This document shows positions 19,892-30,243 of a DNA stretch of 64,000 bases, piece by piece. A program made the translations under genes and the position numbers. Within the stretch, counting starts at the first letter, position 1. The number at the start of each line of letters is the position of its first letter. The notes below the pieces were generated by a model, which had not been told where the DNA came from, did no database searches, and saw only the letters and a list, made by a program, of their open reading frames with translations. Origin of the DNA: Escherichia phage BAU.Micro_ELP-22; sequence record OR699282.2, one strand, 5' to 3'.

Positions 19892-21856
19892 TTATCTAAT
19901 TGTTACCAATGTTCTTCCGTCGAAACGTACATCAGGTGTTGAAGGTATACTGAACACTACGTTAGTGCCGTTAAACGTCACGCTATCGACCTCAACACGA
20001 GTATAGACACCAGGACTAACCTGTTCCTGTATCTCTGCTGTGACGATGTTTGAGGCTGTTACAGTAAGGGTGTAGTAGTTACCACTTAAGACCCAAGATG
20101 AAATGGTAAAAGCATCGGTTCTCACTGAACCTGAACCAATTGGAACCCATTGACCTTGAACTTTTTGCATTGAAGTACGCTCGGTATTGGAGTATGCAAT
20201 CATACCATCAACGCCAACAGAGTTATCAATAGTAGCTAGTACTGGTAATTGGATACCATATCTATTAAAACGTGTTCTTATAGTTCCATTATCATAGATA
20301 CTTACATCAGCATAATTACCCATTGATAGTTTTAAATCAGAACTAACTAATTGGATTGTACTTTGATTAGTAGCACTTTCTAATGTAATTATACCATTAG
20401 CTAATAGATTTATATTTTTAAATTTATTAGTTGTTCCATTAAAATTAGTATTAGCTGTAAAAGTACTAACACCATTAACTGTAATGGTATCTGATGCAGC
20501 ATCACCTAATGTGGTATTACCTTGAATGTTCAAATTACCACTAGCAGTTATATTACTAGCTGATGTATCCCCAGTTAATGTACTTGTACCATCAACAACA
20601 ATATTACCATGAAACGCACTTTCGCCATTTTTAAATTCAACTTGAACTTTATTCATTGAACTAAATGAAATAATATTACTACTAGCACTTAATCCCACAT
20701 TAGTATTAGTTGCATTATCAAATCTTAGTACTGGCGTTGATGCAGGTGTTGATGTTGATTGATATAATGTTAGTGTTGAATTATTAATTCGAACACGTTC
20801 TGTACCAGCAGTACTGAACCCAATTGCGTCATCGGCTGGATGAAATATACCAGTATTAGCATCGGACCACTTAGTTGGGTCATTACCTGGGTTATTCGTT
20901 GGGTCAAACGGATTATTGTTAAATGTCAATGCTGGTGCTGCTGCACTTCCATACACCACCCCAAAACGCCCAGAGCCGTCTGTTCCATCATTATACATGG
21001 AATCACCAGTTCTACGTAAACACTCAATCACAACGTTATCTATGGATGTTTGAACGGTCCCTGCGTTTGTCCTAAATTGACGATGATTTGCAATCATTAC
21101 AGTATTGTCATATAATACTGAAGCAGCGGAAATGCTTGTTCTTGACTGGCGTAGACGTATGTTTTTATCTTCAGTTATAATAATCCAATCACCATCTGAT
21201 AGTGCGGTTTGGTTCATTGGAACACCTGAAGCAAATGGTTTGGTTAAGTCAGCATCTGTTGCTAAATTTTTAAGACCATCATGACCAGTACTCGGAATAG
21301 ATGCAGGAATAATTCTAGCGAAAGCGTATGTTACTAGTTTAGCACCAGATATATTTGGATTAGAGTCAACATAATATAAAATTTCAATCCAATTACCTTG
21401 TCCAGTTGGATTTGTAGGAGTAAATGTAACAGGACTTGTTTGTGGATTATTTGCTTCATAATGGGCTTGTGCGGCATCCATAATACCACGAACAACATAA
21501 TAATCACCATTTAGTGATGCTGCTGGTGCTGGTAGTGGAGTTTGTGCTAAAGGTGGATCAATATCATCTGGAATAGGATTATATGTACCAACAAATTGTA
21601 AACCACTAGTTACTGAATCTGGTAATTGGGAAGTAAGAAGTTTACCATTTGCATCTAAGTTTGCAAAACGGCGATATGCCATCGTACCATCTTCAAAATC
21701 CAGAACACCTTCAAACGATTTCCATTCCTTATTGTATCTAATCATCCCTGATCTTATTACATCAGCGGTTTCTTTTGATGGTGCTTTCGGTAACTCTAAA
21801 AAAGATTTACTATCAATAATTACACCACCATCACCTCTAATTCGATTTATACTCAT
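19892..21856 (-). CDS. tail fibre protein
   Basis: 654 aa, Thr/Ser/Asn/Gly-rich fibrous composition; GAGGAAA SD. Confidence 0.55.
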   Translation of the reverse strand: MSINRIRGDGGVIIDSKSFLELPKAPSKETADVIRSGMIRYNKEWKSFEGVLDFEDGTMAYRRFANLDANGKLLTSQLPDSVTSGLQFVGTYNPIPDDIDPPLAQTPLPAPAASLNGDYYVVRGIMDAAQAHYEANNPQTSPVTFTPTNPTGQGNWIEILYYVDSNPNISGAKLVTYAFARIIPASIPSTGHDGLKNLATDADLTKPFASGVPMNQTALSDGDWIIITEDKNIRLRQSRTSISAASVLYDNTVMIANHRQFRTNAGTVQTSIDNVVIECLRRTGDSMYNDGTDGSGRFGVVYGSAAAPALTFNNNPFDPTNNPGNDPTKWSDANTGIFHPADDAIGFSTAGTERVRINNSTLTLYQSTSTPASTPVLRFDNATNTNVGLSASSNIISFSSMNKVQVEFKNGESAFHGNIVVDGTSTLTGDTSASNITASGNLNIQGNTTLGDAASDTITVNGVSTFTANTNFNGTTNKFKNINLLANGIITLESATNQSTIQLVSSDLKLSMGNYADVSIYDNGTIRTRFNRYGIQLPVLATIDNSVGVDGMIAYSNTERTSMQKVQGQWVPIGSGSVRTDAFTISSWVLSGNYYTLTVTASNIVTAEIQEQVSPGVYTRVEVDSVTFNGTNVVFSIPSTPDVRFDGRTLVTIR

Positions 21857-21943
21857 TTAAATATTTCCTCAGAATAGATTTATATGATGTATTTATTTTA
21901 GTTAAAAGAAAAGGCCAAGCATAGACTTGACCTTAATATGTTA

Positions 21944-23680
21944 TTAAACTACAGAAACTCCACTCATTGAAGGTGGAACGATTTGTTCAGCAATTAATAA
22001 TAAATTAGTTACTGTAAACTTACCACCATGTGACATTAACGTAATAGGTGTTCCATTAGTTACTAGGTTACCATTTTCATCAACACTTAAAAATGTATTA
22101 AATGAAATAGTATCAACCGTGATAGTTGGTGTTCTAACTTGATTGATATTATTAAATTGAGTATTTGTAAAATTAATAGCAAAACTCATATTAGACGAAC
22201 TAGTAGTCCATGTACCGTATATATTTAATTTGAAATTTAGAGAGGAATTGAAATTATAAACATTTAACTTATTACTTGTTGTATTGAAGAAACTATCTAG
22301 TGTTCCACTAGTGGGTGTGAATGATTTAAGTATTTGAATTAAATTTTGTTCAATTCCATCAGTGAATTGTATATTTAAGTTTGAATAATATAATTCTCTT
22401 TTTCGACGAATTAGGTTAGTAGTATTATTACCATTAACAAATAATCCAGTACTATCTGATGTTAATATATTACCAGAGGTATTACTGATTTTAGATGAAA
22501 TTACATTAGCGTCAATAGATATACCATTTCCCGCAGTATATGAGGATGGCCCAGATGGAACATACAACCCATTTACGTCAGTTGTTAACGTATTTCCTGG
22601 CGTTGTGCTTATTTTAGTTGAAATTGTTTCAGAACTAATAGATATACCAGTACCACCAACGTAATTTATTCTTGTATTAGGTACAAATAATCCAGTACTG
22701 TCAGTAGATAGTATATTACCAGAAGTAGAACTAATTTTAGTACTGATTACTTCACCACTGATAGAAACACCGGAACCAGCACTATAAGATACTGAATTAT
22801 CAGGCACAAATAAACCATTACTTGTAGAAGATAGTATGTTTTCTGATGTCGGGTCAACCTTCACACTTATTACATCATCACTAATTGAAATTCCATTTCC
22901 TCCATTATAAGTAATTGAGCTATTAGGTACGAATAATCCATTAATATCTGATGTTAGTATATTACCAACAGTAGAACTAATTTTAGTACTTATTTGGTCA
23001 TCACTAATAGTAATGCCAGTACCAGCATTATAAGTTATCGAATTATCCGGCACGAATAGACCAGTACTATCAGTTGTAAGGATATTTCCTAAAGATGTGC
23101 TTATTTTTGATGATATAATATTATTATCTATTTTAATACTTTCACTACCTGTATATGTTACGGTATTATCAGGTACATATAAACCATCTTCGGCAATCGT
23201 GAGGATGTTACTAGGTGATGTACTGATTTTAGTTGAGATAGTATTATCACTTATTGATACACCCGTGCCACCAGAATACACAATTGAGGTATTAGGTACA
23301 TATAAACCATTAGCATCAGATATCAGAATATTTCCAGAATTTAAACTCACTTTAGCAGATATAACATTTGTATTAACATCTATACCATTTCCAGCTACAT
23401 AACTTACAGTATTATCAGGAACATACAAACCATTAGAATCATTACTAAGAATATTGCCTTGTGTTGAACTTATTTTTGTGGATATTAAATTAGAAGATAT
23501 TGATATACCAGTTCCACCTTGATAGTTAATAGTATTATCTGGAACATATAAACCATCACTTTCATGAATTAAAATATTTTTATTTTTAGTACTAATATCA
23601 GGCACTGGTATCTTGCCTATTAGTTCGCCGTCATAACTGATATCACCATTTACAATAATATCTGTTCTTATATTATACAT
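21944..23680 (-). CDS. tail fibre protein with about eleven tandem ~35-aa repeats
   Basis: Repeats of ...ISTKISSTxGNILTxDSxGLFVPDNSxxYxxGxGISIS...; ORF-track start 23704 is TTG, first ATG with SD at 23680. Confidence 0.55.
   Translation of the reverse strand: MYNIRTDIIVNGDISYDGELIGKIPVPDISTKNKNILIHESDGLYVPDNTINYQGGTGISISSNLISTKISSTQGNILSNDSNGLYVPDNTVSYVAGNGIDVNTNVISAKVSLNSGNILISDANGLYVPNTSIVYSGGTGVSISDNTISTKISTSPSNILTIAEDGLYVPDNTVTYTGSESIKIDNNIISSKISTSLGNILTTDSTGLFVPDNSITYNAGTGITISDDQISTKISSTVGNILTSDINGLFVPNSSITYNGGNGISISDDVISVKVDPTSENILSSTSNGLFVPDNSVSYSAGSGVSISGEVISTKISSTSGNILSTDSTGLFVPNTRINYVGGTGISISSETISTKISTTPGNTLTTDVNGLYVPSGPSSYTAGNGISIDANVISSKISNTSGNILTSDSTGLFVNGNNTTNLIRRKRELYYSNLNIQFTDGIEQNLIQILKSFTPTSGTLDSFFNTTSNKLNVYNFNSSLNFKLNIYGTWTTSSSNMSFAINFTNTQFNNINQVRTPTITVDTISFNTFLSVDENGNLVTNGTPITLMSHGGKFTVTNLLLIAEQIVPPSMSGVSVV
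22460..23600 (-). repeat. in-frame tandem coding repeats (~105 bp unit, about 11 copies)
   Basis: Periodic peptide repeat visible in the translation of 21944-23680. Confidence 0.6.
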
Positions 23681-23700
23681 ATATTTTTCCTTATAATGAA

Positions 23701-23728
23701 ACAAAAAAAGGTCAACTATTGTTGACCT
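23701..23728 (-). terminator. rho-independent terminator (minus strand)
   Basis: AGGTCAAC-tatt-GTTGACCT with a T-tract on the minus strand. Confidence 0.55.
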
Positions 23729-23735
23729 TTATTAA

Positions 23736-24515
23736 TTAACGTATACGTTCAGGAATATCAATACCTTCATATACCCAAATTGCAGCTTGTTGTGCTTTAT
23801 AAATTGCATCAGGATCTAAATCATCAACCGCATCAATTGCAGAACACTGTTTATCACATTCGGTAAACAATTGCTCAATCATTGCAAATGCTTCAGTATA
23901 TAGTTGTGTCATTTCAGCAGCAGATAATTTAACAATTGCATCATCAAGAAAAATAGAAACACTTTCAGAGCCTGAAGTGACTTGTGTATAATAATTAAGA
24001 AGCATTTGACGACCAGACATATCAGTACTGTAACGATGACCATTGAACATATAACCAGAATTCATACGATTTGTACGTTCTGATATAGTTCTTGCTTTTA
24101 AATCAGCTTTAACATCTGCTATTGGCATATCAATATAATGATATGTTTTAAGAACAGTTAGTGCTTTATATTCTTCGGTAGCGTCTTCTAAAAATTCAAC
24201 AATAGGTTGATTTTCATCTTTTAATTTAATAAACTCCAACGGTTGTTCAATAGCATTAACATTTCCAACATTTTTATACACTAACCACCAAAAACCTTCT
24301 TCTTTTCTAACAGCATCATTAGGTTCTACTGGGGAACCATCTTTACTTGAAATACCATAAAGAGTTCTAATATCACTATAAAGATAACGATAGGTTTGTG
24401 GATCTTCTGGTGTTGCACCAGGACGTTCTTTAAGTCCTTTTACACCAATTGGATTGGAAATAATGTTTCCCAATTCATAATTTTCTTTTGAATTTCCTTT
24501 CACATATGTGAACAT
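23736..24515 (-). CDS. hypothetical protein (within the fibre locus)
   Basis: ATG start with GAGGT SD; no motif. Confidence 0.4.
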   Translation of the reverse strand: MFTYVKGNSKENYELGNIISNPIGVKGLKERPGATPEDPQTYRYLYSDIRTLYGISSKDGSPVEPNDAVRKEEGFWWLVYKNVGNVNAIEQPLEFIKLKDENQPIVEFLEDATEEYKALTVLKTYHYIDMPIADVKADLKARTISERTNRMNSGYMFNGHRYSTDMSGRQMLLNYYTQVTSGSESVSIFLDDAIVKLSAAEMTQLYTEAFAMIEQLFTECDKQCSAIDAVDDLDPDAIYKAQQAAIWVYEGIDIPERIR

Positions 24516-24579
24516 ATAACTACCTCACTTGTTATGATGGTGTCACCCAAAATGAGTGACACCTTTATTATTATAATTA

Positions 24580-27500
24580 TTAAGCTGTACGTTGTGCAAT
24601 AAACATATCTGCTACTGGACTCACACCGTCATAAATGACTTGGTAAATGGTCACACTACCAGCAGTTTTGTTTAGAGTTCCATCAACAACCGCATAAGTA
24701 CCGTCAGTAGTAAAGTTTCTATTACCTGTTGCATCTTGTTTTACATAAATGTATACTGAAGATGCTTTACCACCACCAATTAGACCAGTGATTGGTGCTA
24801 GAGTTGTATCTTGATCTAGAGTGATAAAGTATACGTTGCTAGTACCGTCTGGGGTCCAAGTACCAGTTGGTGCGATAACAGAAGAAGTTACTTGATTAGG
24901 AATAACATCATATTTTTTAGTAGTTACTGTTGTAGTAGTTAGGTCAGCATTAGTAGTTGTTAATTGACCAGTTACAGTTACATCTTTATCAAATACCGCA
25001 TTTTCTTTGAAAGAAGATGTTGCATTGACAGTTAATGTATCAGCAGCAGCGTCACCTAAAACAACACTACCATTTGCAGTCATTAAACCAGTAACAGTTA
25101 AAGTACCACCGATGGTTGCTGCTCCAGTAACAGATGCACTAGCAAGTGTTGCTGCACCAGAAGTAGTAATGGTAGTTACTGAAGTTGCTGCTAGGGTTGC
25201 AGTACCTGTTGCAGAAATATCACCACCAACAGTTAGGTTACCAGAAGTAATTCCAACGGTTCCAGTAATGTTAGCACCACTTGACATTGTTACTGCACCA
25301 CCAAATGAACCAGTAGTAGTTACTTCAAGGGTGTTCCCTTTTAGTAGACCAGTTGCAGTAATACTTGTACCTGCGGTAATGCTAGTACCAGCAGCAACAC
25401 TGTTGGTTGCAGTTAATGATTTAACAGCTACATCAGAGTTTGCTTGGTTTAGTGTTGCGTTTAGAAGACCAGTTACTGTAAAGTTACCGTTGTTAACTAC
25501 GTTACCATTGATTGTTAAGTTGTTGTTTTGTGAACCAACATCACCAATAGTTGCTGATTTGGAAATCAACTCTGCACCAGAAGTAATGTTACCCGCTGCA
25601 CTAATAGTGTCAGCCGCAACAACTGCATAAGGTTCAATTGTTTGACCACTAACGTCAATATCAGCGTTGATACCACCATCTACACGCAAGGAGCCTGCAA
25701 TGTAAGTATTAGGGAAAATCTGAACTGTCTCTGGTTGATCACCAATTTTAGTACCAATAATAACATCAGAACCAGTTTTAACTGCACCAGAGGTTGTTAG
25801 AGAACCTAAAGTTGTAGCACCAGTTACGCCTAATGTTCCACCAATTGTTGCGTTATTGGTAACTGCTAATGCAGCACCTTCACCATTAAGAGCGATTGAT
25901 GGAGCAGATACTGCACCAGTTACGCCTAATGTTCCACCAATTGTTGCGTTGCCATCTGAATGTAGAGTTGTAGCTACAGAAAGACTGTTAGCAACTACAT
26001 CAGTACTAGCTAAATCCAATGCACCTGGGGTTAATGTACCAGTAATGTTAACATTATTACCAAAGGTTGCTGCACCAGTCACATCTAGTGTAGTACTAAA
26101 TGTACCAGAGGTTGCAGAGATTGCACCTGAATCTAGTGATCCAACAGTTGCTTTACCAGTTACACCTAAAGTTCCACCAACAGTTCCATTTGTGGTTACA
26201 TCCAATGTACCAGTACTTAGTTCTTGTGCGGTTACCTTACCGGATGCAGTAACAGTTGAAGTGGAAACGCCACCAGTTAGAGTACTAGCACCAGTAACAC
26301 TTAATGTGGTTGCAGCAGTTACGCTATTTACGCTAAGATCAGCACCGGATAAGTCCAAACCACCTTCAGGAACAAATACACCCTTAACAGTTAGTTTTTG
26401 TACTGTACTATCACCTGTTACATCCAAGGTAGAAGCAGTTAAACCACCATTCATACTTGCTGCACCAGTAACACCTAGTGTAGTGGTTACAGTAGCACTA
26501 TTAAGTGTTGAACTACCAGAAATATTAGCACTAGGAGCAGTAATAGTTCCAGAATCAACTTGTATACCACCTGCAACAACCTGAATTCCACCAGCATTAA
26601 CTGTTAGTTTACCAGCAGTATTCAATGTATTTGAAACTGTTGTTGCACCAGTTAAAGTTGTAGTACCAGTTACACCTAAGTTACCAGAAATAGATGGACT
26701 ACCTGTAATATTACCAGTAGTTAGTATCAAATCAGTACCTACGGTAGTGGAGCCAGTACTTTCTAGTGTTACACCAACGATGTTTGCAGAACTTAGGTTA
26801 ATAGTACCATCAACAGTTAAGTTACCTTGAACGGTTGCATCACCTAGAGAAGTTAATGTCTTCACAGACACATCAGTTGTGCTAAGATCAATAACACCCG
26901 CAGTTAGTGTTCCAGATACTGCTAAATTACCAGTAATCGCGGTATTTTTAGTAATGGATACATTTTCTGCCGCTGAAGTAATAGAACCAACAGTAAGTAC
27001 ACCACCAACAGTTGCGTTATTAGTTACATTTAGAGCAGTTCCAACACCAGATAGTGTTGCTGACCCACCAGTAATTGCACCTGAGATTGAAGCTGTTGCT
27101 GCTGAAACATCACCAGAAACTACTGCATTTGTTGCATTTAGAGCAGACACTGTTACTTCAGTACTTTGAACTTTAGGTAGAACGTTGATACCTTCTGCAC
27201 TACTAACTGTAATAATACCAGTACTTGTTATAGATTTAACAGATACATCAGCACCACTTAAATCAACTGTACCAGAAACAACAAGATCTCCACCAATATT
27301 TGCTCCAGCGGTAGTAGTAATGGATTTTGCACTTACATCAGTTGTGCTCAAATCAATTGCACCTGGTGTTACTGTACCAGAAACTGTTAGGTCACCAGTA
27401 ATAGATGTATTATTGGAAATAGATACACCATCAACGTTACTAATTGTTGGGGTTTCTACAGAAACTGCTTTAACTTTACCTGAAGAAGTTACGTCAGCTA

Positions 27501-30105
27501 CGGTAGATGCACCAGTAACATTCAAATTAGTAATATTTGCAGTTGTTGAACCAAGGGTTGCAATAGTTGCATCAGTACTTTGAAGTTTAGGTAGAACACT
27601 ACTAATTGTGGATTCATTACTAACAATTGCACCAGTACTAGTTAAAGATTTGACAGTAACATCAGCCGTAGTAAGATCTACTGTACCATTAACAGTTAGG
27701 TTACCACCAATAGTTGCACCAGCAGTAGTAGTAATGGATTTAGCATTAACATCAGTTGTTGCTAGATCGATAGAGCCTGGAATAACTGCACCAGTAACGG
27801 TTAGGTCACCAGTTACATTTGTATTATTGGAAATAGTGACACCACTTGCATTTGAAATGGTTGGGGTAACCAACGATGCAGTTGTAGTTTCACCAGTTAC
27901 AGTTAAAGTTGACCCAACTAGAACAGATGAGCTTGAGTAAATTGTACCCAAATTAGCAGATCCGGAAACAGTTATATCATCAGCATTAACAGTAGTTGCC
28001 GTTATGGTAGTACTATTAAGTACTGGAAGTACGTTAGCATTAACAAGATCATTACTTTTAACAATACCAGAAGTAGTTAATGATTTAACATTAAGGTCGG
28101 CTGCTGATAAATCAAAAGAGCCTTGAACTACTAAATCACCACCAATAGTTGCACCAGCAGTAGTAGTGATTGATTTAGCATTAATATCGGTAGTGCTCAA
28201 GTCTAGAGAACCAACAGTTAAGCTACCAGTAATATCAACATTTTCTGTAAAGTTAGTATTACCACTAATAGTTGGTGCAGTCAGAGTTGTTGCACTAATA
28301 TTAGTACCGTTAATTGTTTGCCCACTTACAGTTCCACTCGCAGTGATAGTAGGAGCCGTTACTTCAGTAGATGCACTAATTGTTGGTGCAGATACAGAAG
28401 TTGTACCAGTAATAGAACCAGAACTTACTGAACCAGCGGATAATGCACCAGAAAGAGTTGCAGTTGTACCAGCAATATCACCAGTAACAGTTAGTTTAGC
28501 ACCCACGGTAGTGTTACCAGTACTTTCAAGTGTTGCACCTTTAATATTTGCTGCCGCGACAACAGAATTAGGTGTTAGATCCTGACCACTAACATCAACA
28601 GTTAGTCCAGTTACTGTTCCAGTAAATTCAACATCATTAAGAATTGCTTTACCACCAACTTGTAGGAATGGTGTACCTGGAGCTTGTGTTTCGTTACCAG
28701 TAATAGTTAGGTAATCTAGTTTGTTTAGACCGTTACCAGTAATACCATAAGTGGAAAGAGAAGCGTTACCGAAAGTTGCTGTTTTAAGAACGTTCAATGT
28801 AGAAGGAGAAACAACTTCTGATTGAACTTCGTTAGGTAGAATAACTGTTGGGCGTTGACCTGGTGCAGTATATCCAAAACCTAGTTTCACTGCCGCATCT
28901 TGACTATTTTGACCTAAGCTGATAGCTTTAAAGGATGCAGTACTGTTATAACCAGTAATATTAGAACCAAGAGTAACACCACCAACTAATGAAGTTACAC
29001 CAGTAACGTTCAAAGATACTGCATTGATATCGTCTAGTTGGAACGTTCCACCAAGAAGTCCAGAAACATTAATGTTATTAAAATTAGCAGTACCAGTACT
29101 TTCGATATTTGGAATAGTTGCAGTTCCGGTTACTTCAAAGTCCGCAACTTTAGTTTTGCCTTTTTGAACTTCTAATAGTGGTGTGTCTGGTGATTGTGTA
29201 TTGTTACCAGAAACTGTTAGATAATCTAATTTGTTTAGACCATTACCAGTAATACCATAAGAAGATAATGACGCATTACCAAAAGAAGCAGAGGTCAATA
29301 CTGTCAAGTTTGCAGGTGACATTAGCTCGGACTGAATTTCGTTTTGTAGAATAACAGTTGGGCGTTTACCAGGAGCAGTGTAAGGGAAGCTTAATCTGAA
29401 GGTTTGTGATTCAGAGTTAGAACCAATACGAATGTCTTTAAAAGTAGCAGTACTGTTAATACCAGTTACGTTAGCACCGAAAGTTACTGCACCTTGTTGG
29501 TTAGATGCACCAGTAACGTTCAATGTTACTGCATTTAAGTCAGATAGATTAAACTCACCACCAAGTGTACCACTAATTGTCACATCTTTAAATGTAGCAG
29601 TACCAGTACTACTAATATCTGTTGTACTTACATTAGTAATTTCTGCGGTATTAGCAGTAATTTTATCAAATGCAGCAGTAGTCCCAACATCAGCAGTAAT
29701 ATTACCTTTAAATGCTGTTGTTTCAGCAACTTCTAAGTTTTTAACTTTAGTTGCTTGTAGAGTGGTTGTACCAGCAGTTTGTGTAAAATCAGAACCAACT
29801 GATACAGTACCGTTAAAGGTAGCGTTTGAATTAATTGTTGCTGTATCAGACCCGACAACTGCACTACCGATTGTAGTATTACCCTCAACACCAAGACCAC
29901 CAGAAAGTGTTGCTTTGCCACCTACATCTAAAGTAGATGTAATATTGGCAGTTGATGATTCAATGGCAGTAAAAGTTGCATTTGCAAAAGTTACAGTACC
30001 ATTTACAGTTAGGTTATTATTGAAAACAGCATTTCCTTTGACTAAAAGATCCTTACCAACCGTACCAGCACCAGTAATATCTAAGTCAGTTTTTATTGAG
30101 TACAT
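24580..30105 (-). CDS. giant fibrous protein (1841 aa), probable tail fibre
   Basis: Thr/Gly/Ser/Val-rich beta-rich repeats; GGAGGG SD; internal duplications at two scales. Confidence 0.65.
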   Translation of the reverse strand: MYSIKTDLDITGAGTVGKDLLVKGNAVFNNNLTVNGTVTFANATFTAIESSTANITSTLDVGGKATLSGGLGVEGNTTIGSAVVGSDTATINSNATFNGTVSVGSDFTQTAGTTTLQATKVKNLEVAETTAFKGNITADVGTTAAFDKITANTAEITNVSTTDISSTGTATFKDVTISGTLGGEFNLSDLNAVTLNVTGASNQQGAVTFGANVTGINSTATFKDIRIGSNSESQTFRLSFPYTAPGKRPTVILQNEIQSELMSPANLTVLTSASFGNASLSSYGITGNGLNKLDYLTVSGNNTQSPDTPLLEVQKGKTKVADFEVTGTATIPNIESTGTANFNNINVSGLLGGTFQLDDINAVSLNVTGVTSLVGGVTLGSNITGYNSTASFKAISLGQNSQDAAVKLGFGYTAPGQRPTVILPNEVQSEVVSPSTLNVLKTATFGNASLSTYGITGNGLNKLDYLTITGNETQAPGTPFLQVGGKAILNDVEFTGTVTGLTVDVSGQDLTPNSVVAAANIKGATLESTGNTTVGAKLTVTGDIAGTTATLSGALSAGSVSSGSITGTTSVSAPTISASTEVTAPTITASGTVSGQTINGTNISATTLTAPTISGNTNFTENVDITGSLTVGSLDLSTTDINAKSITTTAGATIGGDLVVQGSFDLSAADLNVKSLTTSGIVKSNDLVNANVLPVLNSTTITATTVNADDITVSGSANLGTIYSSSSVLVGSTLTVTGETTTASLVTPTISNASGVTISNNTNVTGDLTVTGAVIPGSIDLATTDVNAKSITTTAGATIGGNLTVNGTVDLTTADVTVKSLTSTGAIVSNESTISSVLPKLQSTDATIATLGSTTANITNLNVTGASTVADVTSSGKVKAVSVETPTISNVDGVSISNNTSITGDLTVSGTVTPGAIDLSTTDVSAKSITTTAGANIGGDLVVSGTVDLSGADVSVKSITSTGIITVSSAEGINVLPKVQSTEVTVSALNATNAVVSGDVSAATASISGAITGGSATLSGVGTALNVTNNATVGGVLTVGSITSAAENVSITKNTAITGNLAVSGTLTAGVIDLSTTDVSVKTLTSLGDATVQGNLTVDGTINLSSANIVGVTLESTGSTTVGTDLILTTGNITGSPSISGNLGVTGTTTLTGATTVSNTLNTAGKLTVNAGGIQVVAGGIQVDSGTITAPSANISGSSTLNSATVTTTLGVTGAASMNGGLTASTLDVTGDSTVQKLTVKGVFVPEGGLDLSGADLSVNSVTAATTLSVTGASTLTGGVSTSTVTASGKVTAQELSTGTLDVTTNGTVGGTLGVTGKATVGSLDSGAISATSGTFSTTLDVTGAATFGNNVNITGTLTPGALDLASTDVVANSLSVATTLHSDGNATIGGTLGVTGAVSAPSIALNGEGAALAVTNNATIGGTLGVTGATTLGSLTTSGAVKTGSDVIIGTKIGDQPETVQIFPNTYIAGSLRVDGGINADIDVSGQTIEPYAVVAADTISAAGNITSGAELISKSATIGDVGSQNNNLTINGNVVNNGNFTVTGLLNATLNQANSDVAVKSLTATNSVAAGTSITAGTSITATGLLKGNTLEVTTTGSFGGAVTMSSGANITGTVGITSGNLTVGGDISATGTATLAATSVTTITTSGAATLASASVTGAATIGGTLTVTGLMTANGSVVLGDAAADTLTVNATSSFKENAVFDKDVTVTGQLTTTNADLTTTTVTTKKYDVIPNQVTSSVIAPTGTWTPDGTSNVYFITLDQDTTLAPITGLIGGGKASSVYIYVKQDATGNRNFTTDGTYAVVDGTLNKTAGSVTIYQVIYDGVSPVADMFIAQRTA
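27050..28280 (-). repeat. three to four tandem ~135-aa coding repeats inside the giant fibre gene
   Basis: Recurring G(S/A)IDLSTTDV(N/S)AKSITTTAGAxIGGxLxVxG...DLSxADVxVKSxT. Confidence 0.55.
28640..29640 (-). repeat. two tandem ~165-aa coding repeats (~500 bp each) near the N-terminus of the giant fibre
   Basis: DNA around 28690-29160 and 29200-29630 aligns by eye; peptide blocks FGNASLS(S/T)YGITGNGLNKLDYLT and YTAPG(K/Q)RPTVIL repeat. Confidence 0.6.
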
Positions 30106-30194
30106 TTATACCCTCCATTATAACCTTGTTAATATGTATATATTTAGTTTTATTATGCTGTTATCCAACAATTAATATGTTATTTGACAAAAGC

Positions 30195-30240
30195 AAATAT
30201 AATAAAAAACCAGACTTATTTAGAACAAGTCTGGTTAATT
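30195..30240. terminator. hairpin with T-tracts on both strands, just after the 30244-31140 stop
   Basis: AACCAGACTT-9 nt-AAGTCTGGTT. Confidence 0.55.
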
Positions 30241-30243
30241 TTT

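Noticed and set aside
24541-24564. Hairpin GGTGTCAC-9 nt-GTGACACC as terminator of the giant fibre gene
   Set aside because: The T-tract follows on the plus strand, not the coding minus strand. Kept only as a possible plus-strand or structural hairpin.
22460-29640. Periodic repeats considered as a possible CRISPR array or satellite
   Set aside because: Repeat units are 100-500 bp, diverged, in frame and entirely inside long ORFs. There are no short identical direct repeats with unique spacers.
25007-30175. Plus-strand ORFs (25007-25630, 25856-26584, 26879-27169, 27185-27583, 27608-27940, 28166-28585, 29432-30175) overlapping the giant fibre gene
   Set aside because: They lie antisense to a continuous 1841-codon minus-strand frame with a good SD. 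They are Pro/Val/Thr/Ala-rich mirror images of Thr/Gly/Val codons and repeat with the same period as the fibre gene; no start signals.
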